Positions 44,458 through 54,732 of a DNA stretch of 64,000 nt are shown here, piece by piece. The notes beneath the pieces were generated by a model. The model did not search any database. It was given only the letters and a program-made list of their open reading frames with translations, and was not told the origin of the DNA. Within the stretch, counting starts at the first letter, position 1, and each line of letters begins with the position of its first letter. The position numbers were made by a program, and so were the translations under genes. This stretch comes from Pseudomonadota bacterium (GTDB lineage: Bacteria > Pseudomonadota > Gammaproteobacteria > UBA1113): assembly GCA_021778015.1 (NCBI GenBank), contig JAJYCX010000009.1, positions 12,522 to 76,521 on the forward strand. Direction: 5' to 3'.

Positions 44458-44860
44458 CCTGGATTGCTTCGCAATCTCGCAATTGTAAAGGTTAAACAAT
44501 TCGTTGATAGCTTTCTCCGTATCTACCCAATACACCTCAAGATGCGAGTTCAATGCTACAAGCAACTACAGACTAGCGTTGTGTCATCCTCGACGCGGCC
44601 GCGAGGCCGCAGTCGGGGATCCAGAAAAAAGCCTATATGATCCTGGATCCCCGACCTTCGATCGAGGATGACAATGTGCTGGATCCTCGACTTCGTCGAG
44701 GATGACAAAGCTTCGATTTAAATCTATAGTATTCAGCTAGATCTCGCATATTCATTGGCGATGGGTAGCTCTACACTATCGTAACTTACTCAGAGGTGCA
44801 CCACTAGAAAAGTTTGCTGAAACTTGTCAACGAATTACTTAACCTTTACAGCAATGACAG
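44458..44860. repeat. composite element: family-A terminal arms enclosing a family-B core
   Basis: Left arm ...GCAATTGTAAAGGTTAAACAATTCGTTGATAGC, B core at 44582-44707, right arm GTCAACGAATTACTTAACCTTTACAGCAATGACAG. An inverse copy lies at 46548-46875. Confidence 0.85.
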
Positions 44861-44892
44861 ATTCACAGGATATAATTCCATTTCGAGAATAT

Positions 44893-45744
44893 TTACCTTT
44901 TACGCTGCACCTTCTGCAGAGGAATACTGGCTTCTAGTGGATACCCATCGTCTAGTTGTAACTCTTTACCAAAAGCAATTCCATAAACTACTTCTAAGGT
45001 TAAAACCAAACCATATTCATCGCGATGTTTTTCATAGGCTGCTTCTAAGCACTGCCATTGACGTGGCGTGATCAAACCCTTATTCATGTCTTGCAAGAAA
45101 TAGGTTGGCCCTAGACGTAATTCCGACATCAATTGTGCAAAACTTTTATAATATAAACTAAAATACTCTACATCGACCACAGGATTTTTAAATTGCTCCT
45201 GCTGCAGTAGATCGCCCCAATTGTGCATATCGGTAAAAGTAGGAATATACGGTTTATCCGACAAAGTTGAAAATACTTGTCGTAGTTCTGTTAAAGAATC
45301 CGGCGCCAAGACAGAAAATAACAAAACGCCATTGGGTTTTAACACACGTTTGATTTCATGGATAACCGCTTCGGGCGCCGTACACCAATGCAACATCATG
45401 TGACAAAAAACAACATCTATAGAAGCATCTGCAAAAGGTAATAGTTCTGCTCTGGCACACAACGCTGGCTCTTTAGCTTCATCCAATTTTTGCAATTGAG
45501 AAAGCGCATAATCAATAGCAATCACTTTAGATTGTGGATATTGTAGCTCCAAGGTTTCAGTAAAGAGTCCAGCGCCTGCGCCTAGGTCGACTATAATTTG
45601 CGGCTGTAGATTTAATGCCGCTAAGCGCTGTACTAAGTTTTCACCCAGGGCTTTGCTCACAGCAATGTAATGATCGCTATGACTCTTTACACGTTGAAAC
45701 TCGGCGCGGATGCGTTGCGGATTGATGGCAAATAATGTATTCAT
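44893..45744 (-). CDS. bioC: class I SAM-dependent methyltransferase, BioC (malonyl-ACP O-methyltransferase)-like
   Basis: 283 aa with SAM motif VDLGAGAGLFT. Overall layout is similar to BioC. It sits divergent to comF, the position bioH occupies next to gntX/comF in E. coli. Confidence 0.5.
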   Translation of the reverse strand: MNTLFAINPQRIRAEFQRVKSHSDHYIAVSKALGENLVQRLAALNLQPQIIVDLGAGAGLFTETLELQYPQSKVIAIDYALSQLQKLDEAKEPALCARAELLPFADASIDVVFCHMMLHWCTAPEAVIHEIKRVLKPNGVLLFSVLAPDSLTELRQVFSTLSDKPYIPTFTDMHNWGDLLQQEQFKNPVVDVEYFSLYYKSFAQLMSELRLGPTYFLQDMNKGLITPRQWQCLEAAYEKHRDEYGLVLTLEVVYGIAFGKELQLDDGYPLEASIPLQKVQRKR

Positions 45745-45795
45745 GAATGCCTTTTTAATGTATAATGAAAAGAATGTTGTGCATGGTATCTCTGT

Positions 45796-46479
45796 ATGTT
45801 TAAATTTCTATGGCCCACACGTTGTCTTATCTGTCTGCAAACCGTGGCTGCTACTAGTCCCATCGAACATTTGTGCATGGACTGCTTAGACCTATTGCCA
45901 TGGAATACGCCTGCTTGCATCCGCTGCGCCCAACCCCTACCCATGGAGCTAGCTTATTGTGCGCACTGTTTAGGAAAACCCATGCGGCAACAACGATCTT
46001 ATATCTTGTTCAATTATACGTCGCCCATCAGCGATTGGATCCATGCCGCTAAATTTGAAGCTAGCTTCATCCACTGCCGTTTGCTGAGTCAATTATTATC
46101 GCACACCTTAGCCCACAGAAGCACGCCCTGGCCACAATGCATAATGCCCATACCCTTGCACCCCCGCCGTCTACGACAACGTGGTTACAATCAAGCCATT
46201 GAAATAGCACGCACAGTGTGTGAGCGTTTTGAGATCCCTATGGATAAACAGTCGTTGCAGCGCCACCGTTATAATCAACCACAAAGTAAATTAGCACTTA
46301 AAGAACGTAAAGATAATGTACGGAATAGTTTTCAATTGCAACAAACTCTCAACGTATCGCATATAGCTTTGTTAGACGACGTGAGCACCAGCGGCAATAC
46401 ATTGGAAGCCGCTAGTCGAGCGTTACTGATGCAAGGACCTTTGGAGTTGGAGTATTGGTGTATTGCAAAGCCGTTTTAG
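45796..46479 (+). CDS. comF: ComF family protein (phosphoribosyltransferase domain)
   Basis: 227 aa. N-terminal double CxxC zinc ribbon (CLIC...CMDC...CIRC...CAHC) and PRPP loop LLDDVSTSGNT. Confidence 0.8.
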   Translation: MFKFLWPTRCLICLQTVAATSPIEHLCMDCLDLLPWNTPACIRCAQPLPMELAYCAHCLGKPMRQQRSYILFNYTSPISDWIHAAKFEASFIHCRLLSQLLSHTLAHRSTPWPQCIMPIPLHPRRLRQRGYNQAIEIARTVCERFEIPMDKQSLQRHRYNQPQSKLALKERKDNVRNSFQLQQTLNVSHIALLDDVSTSGNTLEAASRALLMQGPLELEYWCIAKPF

Positions 46480-46480
46480 T

Positions 46481-46875
46481 CTCTCATTGCGCGCTGAGAG
46501 ATCTCCACGAATATAGCAGGTGAAGTATTGAAAAATAACAATTGCATGGAATCCATCATTGCTGTAAAGGTTAAACAATTCATTGACAAGTTTCAGCAAA
46601 CTTTTCGAGTGGCGCACCTCTGAGTAAGTTACGATAGTGTAGAGCTACCCATCGCCAATGAAGATGCGAGATCTAGCTGAATACTATAGATTTAAATCGA
46701 AGCTTTGTCATCCTCGACGCAGTCGGGGATGACACAACTCTAGTCTGTAGTTGCTTGTAGCATTGAACTCGCATCTTGAGGTGTATTGGGTAGATACGGA
46801 GAAAGCTATCAACGAATTACTTAACCTTTACAGCAATGACGGGCTCCACGTATAACAATCGTATCGTGAAGTTTT
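46481..46875. repeat. composite family-A/B element, inverted copy of 44458-44860 (B core partly deleted) plus extra A modules
   Basis: 46554-46845 is the reverse complement of 44479-44860 with few mismatches and an internal deletion in the B core (46707-46733). Confidence 0.85.
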
Positions 46876-46887
46876 ATCAAGACGTAA

Positions 46888-47433
46888 CTACCAGGTCTGT
46901 ATCTTTTCTCGATAATACCTAAGCTCAGAAATAGAATCTTGTATATCATCTAAAGCCCGATGCTGTGAATTCTTCTGCAGCCCATCGAGAATTTCTGGGC
47001 GCCAACGACGCGCTAATTCTTTAAGCGTGCTGACATCGATTTGTCTATAATGAAAATATTGTTCTAATTCCGGCATATATTCAGCTAAAAAACGTCTGTC
47101 TTGGCAGATACTGTTACCACACATGGGCGATACCCCGGCAGGAATGTATTTTTTTAGAAAATCGATGGTTTGTTCTTCAGCTTTGCGTTCGTCGTAGTGG
47201 CTAGCACGCACTCTTTCCACCAATCCCGATCCATTGTGCTGTCGCACGTTCCATTCATCCATACGCGATAGCACGGCATCACTTTGATGAATCGCAATCA
47301 CGGGCCCTTCGGCCAATATATTCAATTCTTTATCGGTAACAATGGTAGCGATTTCAATAATGCGATCTGTCTTAGGGTTTAAACCCGTCATTTCTAGATC
47401 GATCCAAATTAAGTCTAAGCCTTCTTGCGGCAT
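46888..47433 (-). CDS. orn: oligoribonuclease
   Basis: 181 aa with DEDDh exonuclease motifs (WIDLEMTGL, ...HRALDD). Confidence 0.92.
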   Translation of the reverse strand: MPQEGLDLIWIDLEMTGLNPKTDRIIEIATIVTDKELNILAEGPVIAIHQSDAVLSRMDEWNVRQHNGSGLVERVRASHYDERKAEEQTIDFLKKYIPAGVSPMCGNSICQDRRFLAEYMPELEQYFHYRQIDVSTLKELARRWRPEILDGLQKNSQHRALDDIQDSISELRYYREKIQTW

Positions 47434-47520
47434 GGTTTTATATCCTTACATGAGTATAAATTAAAGATAATCTGTAACTACTACTCATCCTCTTTAAACT
47501 AGCTCAATAGCACGAAAATA

Positions 47521-47608
47521 GCCGTACCGTCATTGCAAACAAACCGTTTCACTAAACTCGTGCGAAAATAGGGAACAAGTAACGGTCGGCTCGCAATGAC
47601 GCTACGGC
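47521..47608. repeat. short family-A hairpin element
   Basis: GCCGTACCGTCATTGC...GCAATGACGCTACGGC inverted arms. Confidence 0.7.
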
Positions 47609-47731
47609 TGTTTCCTTGCTATCTGAATCGCGCCAGAGGGAACAAGTAGCCACGACAATCTTAGCGACTAAATCGCCTAAACACAAGCGCAGCCCTTGCT
47701 TTTTGTTGCGAAAAGGCTTTCAATACCCACT

Positions 47732-48316
47732 ATGATAACTTTTATAGCCTTTCTTATAGGTGCCTATTTATTAGGCTCCATTTCCAGCGCTGTGCTCATC
47801 TGCAGATTAGCAGGTTTGGGCGATCCGCGTGCGCAAGGTTCTGGCAATCCGGGTACAACCAATGTATTGCGTATAGGCGGCAAAAAGCTCGCTATTTTTA
47901 CCTTATTGGGTGATATGCTCAAAGGCTTTATTCCAGTTTATCTCGCCCATTTTACATCCCTATCTGCGATGGCACTATCTTTTATCGCCTTAGCCGCTTT
48001 CATCGGTCATTTGTTTCCCGTATTTTTTGGCTTTAAGGGCGGCAAAGGAGTTGCTACAGCATTGGGTGTTTTATTAGCTCTGGCTTGGCCTATAGGTTGC
48101 GCAGCGCTCATCACTTGGATTGTAATCGCAGCACTATTTCGCTATTCCTCTTTAGCGGCATTAGTTACAGCAGTATTGTTGCCGCTCTATATTTATCTGT
48201 GGTCAAACCCAGAGTATTTAGCGGCAGTGATTATTATTTCATTGTTATTAATCATAAAACACCGCGATAATATCCTGCGTTTGTGGTCCGGCAAAGAAAG
48301 CAAGATTAAATTGTAG
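47732..48316 (+). CDS. plsY: glycerol-3-phosphate acyltransferase PlsY
   Basis: The track ORF starts at a TTG; trimmed to ATG 47732. 194 aa with motif GSGNPGTTNVLR. Confidence 0.9.
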   Translation: MITFIAFLIGAYLLGSISSAVLICRLAGLGDPRAQGSGNPGTTNVLRIGGKKLAIFTLLGDMLKGFIPVYLAHFTSLSAMALSFIALAAFIGHLFPVFFGFKGGKGVATALGVLLALAWPIGCAALITWIVIAALFRYSSLAALVTAVLLPLYIYLWSNPEYLAAVIIISLLLIIKHRDNILRLWSGKESKIKL

Positions 48317-48809
48317 GTAAAAACAGTATCCACAATTGCAACAATGCCCATGCCACAACTCCCGCCGCGGCATCATCAACCATCACCCCCCAACCGCCAG
48401 GCAAATGCTTTTGCAGCCAGTTAATAGGCCAAGGTTTGAAAATATCAAAAATGCGAAATAAAATAAAACCGATGATGAGTACATCCCATCTAAACGGCGC
48501 GTAACACAGCGTAATCCACATGCCAACCATTTCATCCCAAACAATGCTGCTGTGATCTTTTTTGCGAAATGCTTTTTCAGAATAGCCGCACAGCGCTACA
48601 CCGACGGCAAACGTGATAACGAGTAATAAACCGTATTGCCATAAAGGTAGCTTACTGAATATATAAAAAAATGGAATCGCAATAAGACTGCCCCAAGTCC
48701 CCGGCATGCGCGGTAATAAGCCGCTACCCAAACCGCAGCTTAAATAATGCAGTGGATTGGATAAGGTCAAGCGAACGACTTGTTTTTGGCTTAAAGGTTG
48801 TTTATCCAT
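48306..48809 (-). CDS. pgpA: phosphatidylglycerophosphatase A
   Basis: 167 aa with PgpA motifs GLGSGL.P..PGTWGS and VWDE. Confidence 0.85.
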   Translation of the reverse strand: MDKQPLSQKQVVRLTLSNPLHYLSCGLGSGLLPRMPGTWGSLIAIPFFYIFSKLPLWQYGLLLVITFAVGVALCGYSEKAFRKKDHSSIVWDEMVGMWITLCYAPFRWDVLIIGFILFRIFDIFKPWPINWLQKHLPGGWGVMVDDAAAGVVAWALLQLWILFLPTI

Positions 48810-48862
48810 TATTTGCAGCTCTCCTCATTTTTTCATTAAAATTGTAGATATACCCATTACGC

Positions 48863-48990
48863 CTCAAAATGCAAGAACGTTGTCATCCTCGACAAGGCCA
48901 CGAGGCCGCAGTCGGGGGATCCAGAAAAAGCTTGAATTGAAACTGGATCTCCGGCCTTCGGCCGAGGATGACAAAGCTTCGATTTTAAAT
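48863..48990. repeat. family-B palindromic element
   Basis: GTCATCCTCGACAAGGCCACGAGGCCGCAGTCGGGGGATCCAG...CTGGATCTCCGGCCTTCGGCCGAGGATGAC. Confidence 0.85.
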
Positions 48991-49017
48991 TAGCGTATTT
49001 AGGTGCAGCCGCTCCCA

Positions 49018-49500
49018 TTATTCTTCTTTCTTTTTTTTATCCGATCTAGATTGTGATGAACGCCATTCTACCGGCCTTAAGCTAGGCATCAATTTGTCTA
49101 ATACAGCATTGACATATTTGAAGCTGTCTTCTGCACCATAAATTTTTGCCAATTCAATTGCTTCGTTGATAACGACGCGATACGGTGATTCGTAGCAATG
49201 GGAAAATTCATACGTGCCTAACAACAGAATAGAACGTTCTATGGGGTCAACTTGTTCCAAGGACCGTTCTGAGTCCTTAGTCATAACACGGCCTAATATC
49301 TCACACAATTTGGTGTGATGTTCTAGAACGCCATTTAAAATTTTATTGAAAAATTCTACATCCATTTGTCTAGCATATTCATCGACAGTGAATTGTCGAC
49401 TGATGTAATCCATCTCATTCCCGGTTAACAACCATTGATAGATGGCTTGCATGGCAAAGCGTCTGGACATGCGGCGTTTGCGTGGATTAATGTTTTGCAT
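49018..49500 (-). CDS. nusB: transcription antitermination factor NusB
   Basis: 160 aa with the typical RRFAMQAIYQW N-terminus. Confidence 0.9.
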   Translation of the reverse strand: MQNINPRKRRMSRRFAMQAIYQWLLTGNEMDYISRQFTVDEYARQMDVEFFNKILNGVLEHHTKLCEILGRVMTKDSERSLEQVDPIERSILLLGTYEFSHCYESPYRVVINEAIELAKIYGAEDSFKYVNAVLDKLMPSLRPVEWRSSQSRSDKKKKEE

Positions 49501-49507
49501 TGTTGTT

Positions 49508-49966
49508 TTACCCTTCTCTAAGTTTTAATTTTTGTATCTCTTTACGAAATGCTTCTAAATCTTCAAAAGATTTATACACTGAAGCAAAACGCACATACGC
49601 GACTTCATCTAATAACAGTAACTCTTCCATAACCCACTCTCCAATTAAAGATGACTGTACTTCTCTCTCGGCCACAGCGCGCAAGCGGCTTAAAATGCGG
49701 TGTATTGCCGCTTCTATGGCATCGGTCGCCACAGCGCGTTTTTCCAAAGATTTTAAAATACCCACCCTTAACTTGTTTTCATCGAACTGACTACGTGTAC
49801 CATCTCGTTTGATAATGCGCGGCCACGATAATTCCACCACTTCAAAAGTGGTAAATCGTTCATTACAGGATAAACATTCTCGCCTGCGCCGAATTTGATC
49901 GCCCGTGACCACTAAGCGTGAATCAATCACCTTTGTTTCTTCAAAATGGCAAAATGGACAATACAT
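49508..49966 (-). CDS. nrdR: transcriptional repressor NrdR
   Basis: Trimmed to ATG 49966; 152 aa. [17 protein letters not shown] zinc ribbon and ATP-cone. Confidence 0.92.
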   Translation of the reverse strand: MYCPFCHFEETKVIDSRLVVTGDQIRRRRECLSCNERFTTFEVVELSWPRIIKRDGTRSQFDENKLRVGILKSLEKRAVATDAIEAAIHRILSRLRAVAEREVQSSLIGEWVMEELLLLDEVAYVRFASVYKSFEDLEAFRKEIQKLKLREG

Positions 49967-49979
49967 CGTAAATGTGTCC

Positions 49980-51230
49980 TTATTGATAAACCGGGAAACG
50001 TTGGCACAATTGTAGCACTTCTTTGCGAACTTGTTGTAATACTTGCTCATCGCCGATATTTTCCAGGACGCGCTGTATCCACTCTGCTAAAAGATGCATT
50101 TCGGCTTCTTTAAAACCGCGGGTCGTTGCCGCGGGAGTACCTAGACGCAGACCGCTGGTCACAAAGGGCGATCGCGTTTCGTGCGGGACTGTATTTTTAT
50201 TGACCGTAATATTGGCCTTACCTAAGGCTTCTTCCGCATCTTTACCCGTATACGGCTTATCCAGCAAGCTTAACAAGAATAAATGGTTATCGGTACCCCC
50301 AGACACTATATTAAAGCCTTTTGCGATTAAGTCTGCGGCCAAAACTTGCGCATTTTTCACCACTTGCTGTTGATAAGTCTTAAATTCAGGTTGTAGGGCT
50401 TCTTTAAAAGCCACGGCCTTGGCAGCAATAACATGCATTAAAGGACCACCTTGCATGCCGGGAAAGACAACTGAATTCAGTTTCTTCTCGATCTCAGGAT
50501 TCGCTTTAGCTAAAATTAAACCGCCACGAGGCCCGCGTAACGTTTTGTGTGTAGTCGAGGTAGTGACGTCAGCGATAGCCACAGGAGAAGGATATACGCC
50601 AGCTGCAACCAAGCCCGCCACATGCGCCATATCCACTACAAAGTAAGCATTGATGCGATCGGCAATTTCACGAAAAATAGACCAATCTACACTGCGAGAA
50701 TACGCCGAAAAGCCCGCCAAAACCATTTTAGGCCTGTGCTCTAAGGCCAAAGCCTCTACTTGTTTATAATCTATGTAGCCTTTTTCATCTAGGCCATAAG
50801 AGATGGGTCTATATAATTTACCGGAAAAATTCACCTTAGATCCGTGAGTTAAGTGCCCACCCTGCGATAAATCCATACCTAAAAAGGTATCGCCCGGTTC
50901 CATTAAGGCCATATATACCGCAGCATTGGCTTGAGAGCCTGAATGGGGTTGCACATTGGCATAGGCAGCGCCAAACAATTCCTTAACGCGACTGATAGCG
51001 ATACTTTCGGCTATGTCTACGTACTCACAACCACCATAATAACGCTTACCCGGATAGCCTTCGGCGTATTTATTGGTTAATTGCGAGCCTTGCGCTTCTA
51101 ATACTGCTGGACTAACATAGTTTTCCGAGGCGATAAGTTCTATATGCTCTTCTTGCCTACGCTCTTCGCCGGCAATGGCTTGATATAACTCTGGATCTTC
51201 ATCGGCTAACGAGGAATGTTTATCGAACAT
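49980..51230 (-). CDS. glyA: serine hydroxymethyltransferase
   Basis: 416 aa with PLP-lysine context [15 protein letters not shown]. Confidence 0.96.
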   Translation of the reverse strand: MFDKHSSLADEDPELYQAIAGEERRQEEHIELIASENYVSPAVLEAQGSQLTNKYAEGYPGKRYYGGCEYVDIAESIAISRVKELFGAAYANVQPHSGSQANAAVYMALMEPGDTFLGMDLSQGGHLTHGSKVNFSGKLYRPISYGLDEKGYIDYKQVEALALEHRPKMVLAGFSAYSRSVDWSIFREIADRINAYFVVDMAHVAGLVAAGVYPSPVAIADVTTSTTHKTLRGPRGGLILAKANPEIEKKLNSVVFPGMQGGPLMHVIAAKAVAFKEALQPEFKTYQQQVVKNAQVLAADLIAKGFNIVSGGTDNHLFLLSLLDKPYTGKDAEEALGKANITVNKNTVPHETRSPFVTSGLRLGTPAATTRGFKEAEMHLLAEWIQRVLENIGDEQVLQQVRKEVLQLCQRFPVYQ

Positions 51231-51474
51231 AGTGTTTCCTTAAAGCGAGGCTTATTGAATAGCTCTATTTTATAGCAAAAATAAGAAAAAAGCGAGCCGA
51301 AAAAACCTTGTAAATCAAATTTTTAATGCATTTATCCTTGAAGCAAAGGATTTCTTCTTTCTTTTCCACTATAATATAATCGTTAATGACTCATCCTGGC
51401 CTTGGTAAAAATTAAACTAATTATGCTATTATATTCATGGTCTAACAATAATATAAAATCGAGGGTGTAAAATC

Positions 51475-54006
51475 ATGGCAAGTGGAAAAGAAGCCGTTCA
51501 AGACTTACAAGCCAGTATTCTGCAAAAGATTAATGATAAAACGGTGGAGGAGCATTTAAAAACATTCACTTCTAAAGATACTGCCGTTCATTTATATAAG
51601 GCTCTTACTTATTTTCGTGATGCACTCATTGGCCAACCCATTTATATTTTGGATGCTTTATCTGAAAACAAATTATTTAGTTCATGGCTCTTAAACGCTG
51701 CAAAAGTTTTATCTGAACTTATTTTAGATTCTAAGTTAAAAGAAGAACCCTTCCCTCTGATTGAAAAGATACAGCCTCTAATTGATCTATTCTATTACTT
51801 TAATAAAACAGAGTTCATAATGGGGGTCTTATTTGAAATAGAAGTCATTAAAGCCATAACTCTAGATATACAGACTGATAAGCTAGCATCTTATCCCTCA
51901 GGCATTGACCTTTTAAATTACCGAATTAAAGTAGACGAACAAGTTCAGCATAAAATACAAAGGATAAACCAGCAGGGAGCTCTAAGCCTTAGTTTGGAGC
52001 AGCTGAATCCCGCTTATATGGAACTTCTTGATGCGTCCATGCGCGATGACGGCAGCGTTAACTTTGAAACTTTATTTTTAGAACTATTTGAAAATGATCC
52101 AGATCTTCAGATTCTATGTGTCGCGATTCGGAACGCGAAACAATGGCCCATAGATTGGCTTATCGTCCTTAGATGTTTATCTGAATACACACATGATGAA
52201 CTCTCTAAATCTGAGAGAAATTCTTTGCGAGAGCGTACAAAATTTTTTACTCATGTATTAGTGTTAACTAACGCACTGAAACCCATTCCTAAGATCATCA
52301 GTCTTGAATTATCCTTAGAAAGAATAAAAAACGCATCTAGCTCAATGGAGGGTGGGTTGTTAGAGTTATTAACGCGTAAAAGTGATGATGATGAAGAAAT
52401 TCAGAAAATTAGCTATCTTAAATTACCTCCAGCAAGAATAAAAGATACATCTAGCTCAATGGCAAGTGAATTATTAGCGCCATTGGAACCTAAGAATGAT
52501 GGTAAAGAAGCGCTTAAGAGTACACCCCTTAAGAAATTTGGCGATATAGTCATGCCAAAAATTTTAGAGGAACTAGACCTTGTGAGTGCATTCAGGTCTA
52601 AAGATTACACCGATCGTGTATATGAGGCTATTGCTTGTTTTTGCCATGCGCTCAGTGAGCAACCTAAGCATATTTTGGATAAACTCTATAAGGATAAAAT
52701 TTTCAGCGCGTGGCTCAGAAAAGCTGTAAATTTTTTATCTGGACTTTTTTTAAATACATCCATATTTAACCCTGAGCTTCAAGAAGGAATACAACCCCTC
52801 ATTGACTTGCTTTATTCTTTTAATAAAGTAGATTCAACTATAGAAAGTGTCTTATTCAGGTTTGAATTGGTTAAACTACTGAGTAAAAAGTACACTCTGT
52901 CTCCTGAGTCTCAAGAAGCCTTTATAGAAGACGCTATTCGTTTTTATAACGTGTTCATTGAACAACCCATTTATGTTTTAAATAGCTTGTATCATAATAA
53001 TGTTTTCACTGCATGGATCCCAAAAATTGTAAACTTTTTACTTCAATCATTTTCAGACGGATCTATGTTTGACTCTGCATTCCAAAAAAGAATACAGCCT
53101 CTTATTGAGTTGCTTTATTATTTCAATACAGTAGATTCAACTATAATAAGCGTCTTATTAAGATTCGAGGTAACTAAACTACTGACAAAAAACCCTCAGA
53201 AGAATCTTGACATCTATGAGCGCTATTTTAAAGACCAAGTGGAAAAGGATGTGCTTATTGACCCACATGAGTTTCGTGCCGGTCATAGAACTTTTGCTGG
53301 AATTATAAATGTAATTTTCGAAAACTGTTATAGCGAAAAGAACCCAGAATTTCAGTTAAATTCTCGGTTAGAACGTGCTTGTTTTATTGCTTGGCTAGTT
53401 CCTCACATAAAGAAGCAGCTTCATCAGAAGAACCTAGCTAACGAACCTCTATTCGAGAAGCTTTTTATATATTTACAAGAAATGAATGATGTATATCTCT
53501 CAACAAATACTATCAATAAAACTTATCTTCGTTTCCCAACGAATAGAGTTTTTCCTCCCATCCCAACCAAAGGCAAGACACCTTACTCAGACAATACATC
53601 AGACAATACATCTATAACAGAACAGTTCGAAAAAGCAGACGGAATTGTTAATAAAAGATTAAAGAGTATAAATGCGCGTGAACCTTCAAAAGTTGAGCTG
53701 AAAACTTCTTTCCTGAAGTTGTTTTCCTCTGACCCGATGTTCTCTTTCTTCTTTTCCTCTAAATATCAAATTGTACATGCCATAAAAGAAACAGACGACT
53801 TGTATATAGATTGGCATTATGTATTGGCGCAACTGTTAGCCGAAATAGAAAAGCCTCCAGTGGATGAATCTGATATAGTGAATTTAGCTAATTTTATTGA
53901 GATACAAGTAGAAACCTTGAGGTTAAAAATTCCTGCGCTCAATGAGCTTGACCTACCTGCAGCAGAAATAAGATGTTCGTCCGGTCCATCATCTCCCAAA
54001 AAATAG
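51475..54006 (+). CDS. large hypothetical protein with three ~100-aa internal repeats; candidate effector
   Basis: 843 aa. Repeat units at about nt 51560-51870, 52580-52895 and 52896-53200 share QPIYILD..L...K.FS.WL and IQPLIDLLYYFN. A second short duplicated segment reads ...RIK(N/D)(A/T)SSSM... No domain recognised. Confidence 0.7.
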   Translation: MASGKEAVQDLQASILQKINDKTVEEHLKTFTSKDTAVHLYKALTYFRDALIGQPIYILDALSENKLFSSWLLNAAKVLSELILDSKLKEEPFPLIEKIQPLIDLFYYFNKTEFIMGVLFEIEVIKAITLDIQTDKLASYPSGIDLLNYRIKVDEQVQHKIQRINQQGALSLSLEQLNPAYMELLDASMRDDGSVNFETLFLELFENDPDLQILCVAIRNAKQWPIDWLIVLRCLSEYTHDELSKSERNSLRERTKFFTHVLVLTNALKPIPKIISLELSLERIKNASSSMEGGLLELLTRKSDDDEEIQKISYLKLPPARIKDTSSSMASELLAPLEPKNDGKEALKSTPLKKFGDIVMPKILEELDLVSAFRSKDYTDRVYEAIACFCHALSEQPKHILDKLYKDKIFSAWLRKAVNFLSGLFLNTSIFNPELQEGIQPLIDLLYSFNKVDSTIESVLFRFELVKLLSKKYTLSPESQEAFIEDAIRFYNVFIEQPIYVLNSLYHNNVFTAWIPKIVNFLLQSFSDGSMFDSAFQKRIQPLIELLYYFNTVDSTIISVLLRFEVTKLLTKNPQKNLDIYERYFKDQVEKDVLIDPHEFRAGHRTFAGIINVIFENCYSEKNPEFQLNSRLERACFIAWLVPHIKKQLHQKNLANEPLFEKLFIYLQEMNDVYLSTNTINKTYLRFPTNRVFPPIPTKGKTPYSDNTSDNTSITEQFEKADGIVNKRLKSINAREPSKVELKTSFLKLFSSDPMFSFFFSSKYQIVHAIKETDDLYIDWHYVLAQLLAEIEKPPVDESDIVNLANFIEIQVETLRLKIPALNELDLPAAEIRCSSGPSSPKK

Positions 54007-54073
54007 TACGTGTTTGCGTAGGGGCAATCCCCTACGCTTTCTCAAACATCAATACAAACATCCAAATAAATAC

Positions 54074-54250
54074 AGATGCGAGATCTTAATGAATACGATA
54101 GATTTAAATCGAAGCTTTGTTATCCTCGATACGCGGAGTACCGAGTACAGGCTCCGATCGGGGATCCAGCACATTGTCATCCTCGGCCAAAGGTCGAGGA
54201 TGACAACGTTTTAGTATTGTATTCGCAGCAAATATTGCTCTCGCATCTTG
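54074..54250. repeat. family-B nested palindromic element
   Basis: Flanks AGATGCGAG / CTCGCATCT enclose GTTATCCTCGAT...CCGATCGGGGATCCAG...GTCATCCTCGGCCAAAGGTCGAGGATGAC. Confidence 0.85.
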
Positions 54251-54273
54251 CAGAGCATTGAGTATAGAGCCGC

Positions 54274-54471
54274 TTAAGGCTGACGCTTTCCCAGCGCTTT
54301 TTCTATTTTTTGATCGGTTTTATATTGGCTTAATGCATATACAGACCACAGTGCTGCGGGGATCCAGCCAATTAAAGTAATCTGTAATAACAGGCAGCAG
54401 ATACCCGCTATAGGCCTACCTATGGTAAAAAATTGAACAAATGGCAGAAATATGGCTAATAATAATCTCAT
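54274..54471 (-). CDS. small 2-TM membrane protein (YqaE/Pmp3-like?)
   Basis: 65 aa, LAIFLPFVQFFTIGRPIAGICCLLLQITLIGWIPAALWSVY. The pattern resembles the Pmp3/YqaE family, but the assignment is uncertain. Confidence 0.4.
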   Translation of the reverse strand: MRLLLAIFLPFVQFFTIGRPIAGICCLLLQITLIGWIPAALWSVYALSQYKTDQKIEKALGKRQP

Positions 54472-54732
54472 TTGGGGCCCCTTCCGTAAAAAAAGAATAG
54501 TATCACTTCATACCATTATTTTAAACTGCATGTAAATTCGCTCTGCCGCCACATCAGCAAGATCTACGCTGTCATGCAGAACCCACATAGATTCAAATTT
54601 GACTCAACTCTACAATGATCGCTTTGGATCTGAATTTTTCAATACAAAGCGCTATAACCGCTCCCCGTAGCATTGCTTTTCGCACTGAAATCGGTTATCT
54701 TATGCACAATATAACATCAAAGAGGTCCCCCC

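Noticed and set aside
44431-45071. ORFs translated from repeat elements: 2181-2399, 28168-28440, 44431-44640, 44814-45071, 46423-46617, 48757-48993, 54014-54261, 56729-56932, 57022-57216.
   Set aside because: All lie within family-A/B palindromic elements. Recurrent peptides such as NELLNLYSNDG or SSSTRPRGRSRG simply reflect repeat copies. They have no RBS or consistent starts.
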